Assembly: GCA_965197475.1 (NCBI GenBank)
Contig: CBDANF010000003.1
Location: forward strand, 2,679,223-2,743,222
Direction: 5' to 3'
Source: Candidatus Poribacteria bacterium
GTDB lineage: Bacteria > Poribacteria > WGA-4E > WGA-3G
Length of the DNA: 64,000 nucleotides
The translations under genes were made by a program, and so were the position numbers. The notes beneath the pieces are model-generated. The model did not search any database and had not been told where the DNA came from. It worked only from the letters and a program-made list of their open reading frames with translations. The stretch's first letter is position 1; each line of letters begins with the position of its first letter. Of this stretch, positions 59,501-64,000 are shown one piece after another.

Positions 59501-60070
59501 TTGTCCGAATTAGGAAGTGCTTACGACCAACTGCTAAACTCCCTTGAACAGATGCTCGCGGCAGCGTTCACATCCGAATCAAGCGCAGAAGAACTCCGCA
59601 CAGAATTAGCCACAAGAGCCGACCCCTTGTTAGAAGTAGCAATTGAGACGCAGCTCAAAGGATTTTTAATCCAAGTTTGCAGCGGCGGGCATGATCTCAC
59701 AAGTTGGATTGAGGCGATCGCAACCTTTCTCGCCAAAAAACCACCCGCATCTTGGATAGACACAGATAAGGCACAATTTGAGATTAATCTCTCTCAACTC
59801 GCAAGGAAATTCCGACATTTTGAAACGGTGTCCTATGAAAAACTACAACACACTGAATCGTCAGGCGAGACAATTCGGATAGGCATCACGACACCGAATG
59901 AACACGAACAGGAACGGGTTGTTAACTTAACTGACGAGGAACATGCCGATAAAATAGAACAAGCGATTACAAAAGTTTTTGATGATCTTGATGCAGACGG
60001 AAACCCCGAATTTCGTCTCGCTGTTTTAGCGCGAATCTCAAAAAAAATGATGCAAGAATTTGATAAATAA
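56588..60070 (+). CDS. sspC: Large P-loop NTPase, SspC-like
   Basis: The 1160-aa ORF starts inside the sspB-like stop region (8-nt overlap). Walker A is LTGPYGSGKSAF and Walker B is MLLVVDELGKFLEY. Its size and its position between a DUF4007 gene and a PAPS-reductase gene fit SspC. The assignment is by context plus motifs, not alignment. Confidence 0.55.
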   Translation: MGNVPLSDLFHIKGRFRRSVHIERDFYTENALDGYVLTVTAREMLSRLIATFENEATSKAWSLTGPYGSGKSAFALFAAKLLGNSDARTTQQAFEILKRGDASLYERFISTNGDEKRTPSGFCPVLISGERAPLSLALLRGLDRGITTSNGTQISISLRQELDNLLETVENDSLPSASEVTRLFELATHEICDAGGSGMLLVVDELGKFLEYATQHPTQGDMFILQSLAELADRSKRTPLFLMTILHQAFDVYAQRTAQSQREEWAKVQGRFEDVVFAEPTEQVLRLVGTALEKSSEIICKDNLNTAAELGLKPRQLDESEFSQLLESCLPLHPTVALLIGPLFRRFAQNERSLFAFLSSSEPYGLQDFLSNQHYDGYRLQTFSLADLYDYLNATQGNKLYASRNSKKWVEIESAIAHLSDPSDMTVKLIKTIGLLSIVSEPIPNLKASEQLLRYALDDGTEEFATEFAETLATLKKRSIIIHRRYNNTYGLWEGSDIDIESKLREAETHVDTKIALATDLSRYMPTRPLVARRHLFQTGTLRYFTIRYTDFENFDTDLKEPIGDADGLVLYALPANEYEVKQLVEKAGNIDTADHKEVLIAIPHSIGFLDDAVTQLACLHWITDNIPELESDAVARRELSMQQVEVERDMSRQLTTIFSGDKEDIRMWYSNGQTVDINSQRVRNAHLSKICDAVFHKTPLIRNELINRRKISGAATSARKKLIQAMLENGDKENLGITGYPAEMSIYRSLLWNTGIHRRVSGVWGFHPPKADDKNKITHVWNAIEIFLEKCENKRQSVIKLYERLMVPPYGVRNGPLPILLCVAIFHYRTEIALYENGSFVADLSVPVFERLLKVPEQFELKRFRLAGIRAELFAQFLKMLNQPTETENPDLLTVVTPLMRFIGRLPKYTLATQTLSDAAKRTRDTVRNAREPDELLFKQLPESLGFSAFTAKAADSKTVSDFFNTLQGALSELGSAYDQLLNSLEQMLAAAFTSESSAEELRTELATRADPLLEVAIETQLKGFLIQVCSGGHDLTSWIEAIATFLAKKPPASWIDTDKAQFEINLSQLARKFRHFETVSYEKLQHTESSGETIRIGITTPNEHEQERVVNLTDEEHADKIEQAITKVFDDLDADGNPEFRLAVLARISKKMMQEFDK

Positions 60071-60139
60071 CACTTGACTTATTTTAATTAACATGCTACA
60101 ATTAGAAAAAATATAACAGACCTAATTGGGAGGGACAGC

Positions 60140-60958
60140 ATGGCACAAAAAATACGTCATCTTCTCGGACTTTCGGGTGGAAAAGACAGCTCAGCACTTG
60201 CCGTTTACATGCGCGACAGAGTGCCAGAGATGGAATACTTTTTCACTGATACCGGTAAAGAATTGCCAGAGACTTACGATTTTTTGGACCGCCTTGAAGC
60301 GTTCCTCGGCAAACCGATCGCACGTCTCAACGTAGAACGCGATTTCGATCACTGGCTAACACTACACGGAGGCTTGCTACCATCTTCTCAAGTGCGTTGG
60401 TGTACCATCAAACTCAAAATAAGACCTTTTGAGGAATACGTCGGCGAAGATAAAGCGTTCCACTATATCGGTATCCGTGCTGACGAAGATCGTGCCGGCT
60501 ACAAACCGCTGAAAACGACCGCCCTCCAAAACATCATCCCTAAATACCCATTCAAAGAGGATGGCATCACCAAAGAGGACGTTTTCAGAATCCTTGAGGA
60601 AAGCGGACTCGGTTTGCCCGACTATTACAAGTGGCGAACACGTTCCGGGTGCTACTTCTGCTTCTTCCAACGTAAATCCGAATGGGTGGGTCTCTTAGAG
60701 CAACATCCCGACCTATTTGAACTTGCCAAAAGATACGAGAAATTCAGTCCAGAGACAGGCGAACGGTTCACGTGGAGTCAGGGTGAAAGCCTGGAGGAAT
60801 TAGCAGAACCAGAACGGATAGCAGAAATCAAGGCACGTACCGAACAGGCGAAAGTATCCAAAAAAACAGCAAAACCGAACCGTCGTCTGATAGAGATTTT
60901 GACCGATGTTCACGATGACGAAGATGATGAGGAGCCTTGTCTGGTGTGCCATAAGTGA
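60140..60958 (+). CDS. sspD: PAPS-reductase/PP-loop ATP pyrophosphatase, SspD/DndC-like
   Basis: The 272-aa ORF has a GGGAGG RBS and the PP-loop LSGGKDSSALAVYM. Conserved Cys residues (RWCT, SGCYFCFFQ, CLVCHK) are compatible with an Fe-S site. Confidence 0.7.
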   Translation: MAQKIRHLLGLSGGKDSSALAVYMRDRVPEMEYFFTDTGKELPETYDFLDRLEAFLGKPIARLNVERDFDHWLTLHGGLLPSSQVRWCTIKLKIRPFEEYVGEDKAFHYIGIRADEDRAGYKPLKTTALQNIIPKYPFKEDGITKEDVFRILEESGLGLPDYYKWRTRSGCYFCFFQRKSEWVGLLEQHPDLFELAKRYEKFSPETGERFTWSQGESLEELAEPERIAEIKARTEQAKVSKKTAKPNRRLIEILTDVHDDEDDEEPCLVCHK

Positions 60959-60975
60959 TATTGTGGAGATTACCA

Positions 60976-61869
60976 ATGCCTATGGATAGAGAGTTAATCA
61001 TTGAGAAATTTGATAACATTAGAATATGGAGACGAGGTGATGAAAGAGCACCTCACAAACCATTACTAATCCTATATGCGATAGGAAAATTGCTGCGCGA
61101 TGGGACTCGTCTTGTTCCATACGCTGAAATAGATGAAGGTCTTGGTAGATTATTACAAGAATTTGGACCTAGCCAAACAACACGAGGAACTGCGTATCCA
61201 TTTTGGAGGTTGCAAGGAGATGGTGTTTGGGAGGTGACCAACACCGAAAATATTACACCAAACACTGCGGGTGATGCCAGCAAAACAGATCTCCTTGAAA
61301 GTAACGTTTCTGGCGGCTTCCATGAAGAGATCATAGCGCAACTTCAAAATGATTCTACATTGTCTATTGAAATAGTTCAGATGATGTTGGACAAACACTT
61401 TCCAGATTCAATTCACAGTGAAATTTTACAAGCAGTTGACATTGAATTCCCTCCCCAAGTTTTTGAAACAAGAGAACGTTTTTCTAACTTCCGAAATAGT
61501 GTTTTAAAAGCCTATGAGTACAAATGTGCTGTCTGCGGCTTTGATGTGAAATTGGGTGCTATCTCAATCGCACTAGAGGCTTCTCATATCAAATGGAAAT
61601 CTCATAGTGGACCTAATAAAGAAGTGAATGGATTATGCCTCTGTGTTATGCATCATAAACTGTTTGACCTTGGGGCGTTCACGTTGTCCAAAGAACTACA
61701 CATCCTTGTTTCGGATGATGCACACGGAACAAAGGGACTCAAGGAGTCGCTTACGGATTTCCACAAAAAGAAAATCAATTTTCCGCAAAGGCAAATCTAT
61801 CTCCCCGACTTAGAATTTATCGGTTGGCATGTCAGAGAGGTGTTTAAGGGAGATTATAGGGAATTGTGA
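60976..61869 (+). CDS. HNH nuclease with N-terminal sulfur-binding-domain (SBD)-like module (ScoMcrA/SprMcrA-type PT-DNA reader)
   Basis: The ORF frame overlaps the sspD-like stop (track start GTG 60955; first ATG at 60976). The C-terminus is an HNH_2-type motif: CAVCGFDV...LEASHIKW...NGLCLCVMHHKLFDLGAF. The N-terminus has RAPHKPLLILYAIGKL followed 47 residues later by AYPFWRL. This fits the H-R ... Y-P sulfur-pocket residues I recall for the ScoMcrA SBD. The assignment is from memory and needs a profile or structure check. Confidence 0.55.
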   Translation: MPMDRELIIEKFDNIRIWRRGDERAPHKPLLILYAIGKLLRDGTRLVPYAEIDEGLGRLLQEFGPSQTTRGTAYPFWRLQGDGVWEVTNTENITPNTAGDASKTDLLESNVSGGFHEEIIAQLQNDSTLSIEIVQMMLDKHFPDSIHSEILQAVDIEFPPQVFETRERFSNFRNSVLKAYEYKCAVCGFDVKLGAISIALEASHIKWKSHSGPNKEVNGLCLCVMHHKLFDLGAFTLSKELHILVSDDAHGTKGLKESLTDFHKKKINFPQRQIYLPDLEFIGWHVREVFKGDYREL

Positions 61870-61895
61870 TCATATAATCAAATAGGTAATAAGAC

Positions 61896-63758
61896 ATGAA
61901 ACTTACAAAAGTACGTATAACGAATTTTCAGAGCATTCAGAATTCAACCGAGTTTGATATTGACGATGTCACTTGTTTAGTAGGAAAAAATGAGGCTGGC
62001 AAGACTGCGTTATTAAAAGCACTGTACCGCTTGAATCCAATCAACGAATCGGACGGCAATTTTAATGTCACGGATGATTATCCGCGCCAAACTATGAATG
62101 CCTACGAAGATTCTATTTTAGATGGTGAAGACCACGCAGAGGTTGTTCATGCTACCTACATGCTTGAACCCGAGGACATAAGCATTGCCAGAGAATTTCT
62201 TGGGTCTGAATACCCTGAAGACGAAATCCCAACCATCACCCTTCGTAAAGGATATTCAAACAAACTTTTCTACGGTGGATTGGGTATTGGCAGTAGCGAA
62301 TATACATACAATGACTTGAGCGAAGATGCTGACGAAAATACTTACTATGGCTTGTCTCCGAACGCTCCAGCCGTTTTGAATCAACTTGTTGATCGTATTC
62401 CCAAATTCCTTTATTTCGATGAGTACTATCAGATGAAAGGACAGGATAACATTGAAACACTCAGACAGCGTGTTGCAAGTGATTCACTTGAAGAACCAGA
62501 CCATCCATTACTTGGGTTAATTCAACTTGCGGGTCTCGATCTTGACCAGATTATTAATACACGTCAAACGGAATCCTTAATTGCGAAGTTAGAAGGAGCA
62601 GGAAACTTTCTTACTCAAAAAGTACTTCCTTATTGGTCCCAAAACCAACACCTTCGGATGAAATTTGAAATCCGTCCTGGACAACCTGAAGATCCGCAAG
62701 GTATGACTAGTGGAACAAACATCTGGGGGCGCGTAGAAGACACCAAACACTATGTTACCACTGCACTTAGAACTCGATCTCGCGGTTTTGTCTGGTTCTT
62801 TTCTTTTCTCGCTTGGTACCACAAAATTCGCAAGGAAAACGAAAATCTCATATTACTCTTGGACGAACCAGGACTCTTCCTTCATGCAAAAGCCCAAGGC
62901 GATCTACTCCACTACTTTGAAAAAGAACTGATCCCACATCACCAACTTATCTACACAACTCACTCACCGTTTATGGTTGATCCGGGACATTTCGATCGTG
63001 TAAGAATTGTCCAAGATTTGAGCATTGAAGCGAATTCTGATAATTTATCTGAAGAGGAACAAGGGACAAAAGTTATTACTGAAGTGCTTGATGCAATACC
63101 TGACAGTCTTTTTCCACTTCAGAGTGCCCTCGGTTACGAGATTACTCAGACACTTTTTATCGGCCCCAACAATCTCATCGTTGAGGGAGTATCTGACTTA
63201 CTGTACATTGAAACCATCTCTACACTTCTTCAGACACGAGGTAAAGATGGTTTGAGTTCCGATTGGACTATTATGCCTGTTGGCGGTTCTGACAAGGTTT
63301 TTACATTCGTTTCACTGATTGGTGCTCAGAAGGATTTGAATATTGCCGTTCTTATTGACTTTCAGAAGAAAGATCAGCAAAGAATTGAAAACCTATACAA
63401 GACGAAATTACTTAAACAGAAAAAAGTTCTCACTTACGCAGCCTTTGTGCAGGGTAATGAAGCAGATATTGAGGATATGTTTGATCCTAACTTTTATTTA
63501 AAGTTAGTAAATAGCGTATTTGAGACATCTTTAACTACAAATGATTTGCCAAAAGGCACGCGTATCATCCGTCGTCTTGAAAACTACTTTGAGAATAATC
63601 CTATTTCTAACGACGTAAAGTTTAACCATTACAGACCTGCTTTCTATTTGAGCAAGAACCTCCAATCACTTGAGAACGATTTAACTGATCCACAGCTTGA
63701 TCGTTTCCAAAAAGCCTTTGATGTTCTGAATAAATTGCTTGTTACTCAGTCTACATAA
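61896..63758 (+). CDS. OLD-family ATP-dependent nuclease (ABC-type ATPase + TOPRIM)
   Basis: The 620-aa ORF opens with MKLTKVRITNFQSIQ...LVGKNEAGKTALLKAL (Walker A). Walker B and D-loop are LILLLDEPGLFLHAKAQ, and the H-loop is IYTTHSPF. The C-terminal TOPRIM-like motifs are NLIVEGVSDLLYIE, PVGGSDKV and AVLIDFQKKD. Confidence 0.75.
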   Translation: MKLTKVRITNFQSIQNSTEFDIDDVTCLVGKNEAGKTALLKALYRLNPINESDGNFNVTDDYPRQTMNAYEDSILDGEDHAEVVHATYMLEPEDISIAREFLGSEYPEDEIPTITLRKGYSNKLFYGGLGIGSSEYTYNDLSEDADENTYYGLSPNAPAVLNQLVDRIPKFLYFDEYYQMKGQDNIETLRQRVASDSLEEPDHPLLGLIQLAGLDLDQIINTRQTESLIAKLEGAGNFLTQKVLPYWSQNQHLRMKFEIRPGQPEDPQGMTSGTNIWGRVEDTKHYVTTALRTRSRGFVWFFSFLAWYHKIRKENENLILLLDEPGLFLHAKAQGDLLHYFEKELIPHHQLIYTTHSPFMVDPGHFDRVRIVQDLSIEANSDNLSEEEQGTKVITEVLDAIPDSLFPLQSALGYEITQTLFIGPNNLIVEGVSDLLYIETISTLLQTRGKDGLSSDWTIMPVGGSDKVFTFVSLIGAQKDLNIAVLIDFQKKDQQRIENLYKTKLLKQKKVLTYAAFVQGNEADIEDMFDPNFYLKLVNSVFETSLTTNDLPKGTRIIRRLENYFENNPISNDVKFNHYRPAFYLSKNLQSLENDLTDPQLDRFQKAFDVLNKLLVTQST

Positions 63759-63813
63759 GAACTGTAGCAACTCCAGTACAGCAAAACTACTACCTCCCCA
63801 CAAAAAACTTCCC

Positions 63814-63843
63814 TTGACAAACCACCACCCCGTCAAGTATAAT
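63814..63843 (+). promoter_or_regulatory. Consensus sigma70 promoter (TTGACA-18-TATAAT)
   Basis: TTGACA lies at 63814-63819 and TATAAT at 63838-63843, about 45 nt upstream of the ATG at 63887. Confidence 0.5.
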
Positions 63844-63886
63844 CAATAAAAGAACCTTTAGAAATAGCAAAGGTATAATACTTAGC

Positions 63887-64000
63887 ATGGCACAATATGA
63901 TGAGATCGTGAAGCACCTGATGGATCGGTTCGCCGATGAGTTCGCCATGCTATCCTTTGGCACGCCCGATGTCCAAGTTTTAGAGACACTTGACACCGAA
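63887..64000 (+). CDS. 5' fragment of an ORF running off the window (possibly Rpn/YhgA-like PD-(D/E)XK putative transposase family)
   Basis: My translation MAQYDEIVKHLMDRFADEFAMLSFGTPDVQVLETLDTE has no stop before the window end. The family guess rests only on the N-terminal pattern ending in ...LDTE and is weak. Confidence 0.3.
   Translation, partial: MAQYDEIVKHLMDRFADEFAMLSFGTPDVQVLETLDTE

Overview
This 64-kb window comes from an uncultured diderm bacterium. Supporting evidence is the TonB-dependent receptors, a Wzi-like outer-membrane protein and FlgD-Ig/T9SS-like C-terminal sorting domains. Several secreted 'eukaryote-like' proteins (WD40, lamin-tail, cohesin/dockerin) recall host-associated or sponge-symbiont MAGs, but taxonomy cannot be fixed from sequence alone. 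About 40 protein genes are supportable. They include metal uptake (two tandem TonB receptors, a ZIP transporter) and housekeeping enzymes (threonine-synthase-like, aspartate kinase, eukaryote-type NAD synthetase, Ldh_2, Gfo/Idh/MocA, HAD dehalogenase, sulfotransferase), plus solute-binding proteins, one IS982 copy and three accessory islands. The strongest candidate system is a five-gene operon at 55.66-63.76 kb. It combines an SspB/SspC/SspD-like DNA phosphorothioation module with a sulfur-binding-domain-like HNH nuclease and an OLD-family ATPase-TOPRIM nuclease; sspA, sspE and sspFGH are absent. Other notable items:
- A 1170-aa orphan protein (AEP/PrimPol-like N-terminus, winged-helix C-terminus) next to a 1.4-kb nested tandem repeat, inside a 3.3-kb stretch with no credible gene.
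- A promoter-equipped tRNA-like RNA clamped by a 15-bp stem.
- A very AT-rich island encoding an MTase-HNH fusion and a PIN-like protein.
- A GC-rich island with two HTH paralogues that I recall as DUF1670-like, one of them frameshifted, followed by an orphan strong promoter.
The window is saturated with at least five REP/MITE-like repeat families. All family assignments rest on motif recognition by eye and need HMM or structure confirmation.
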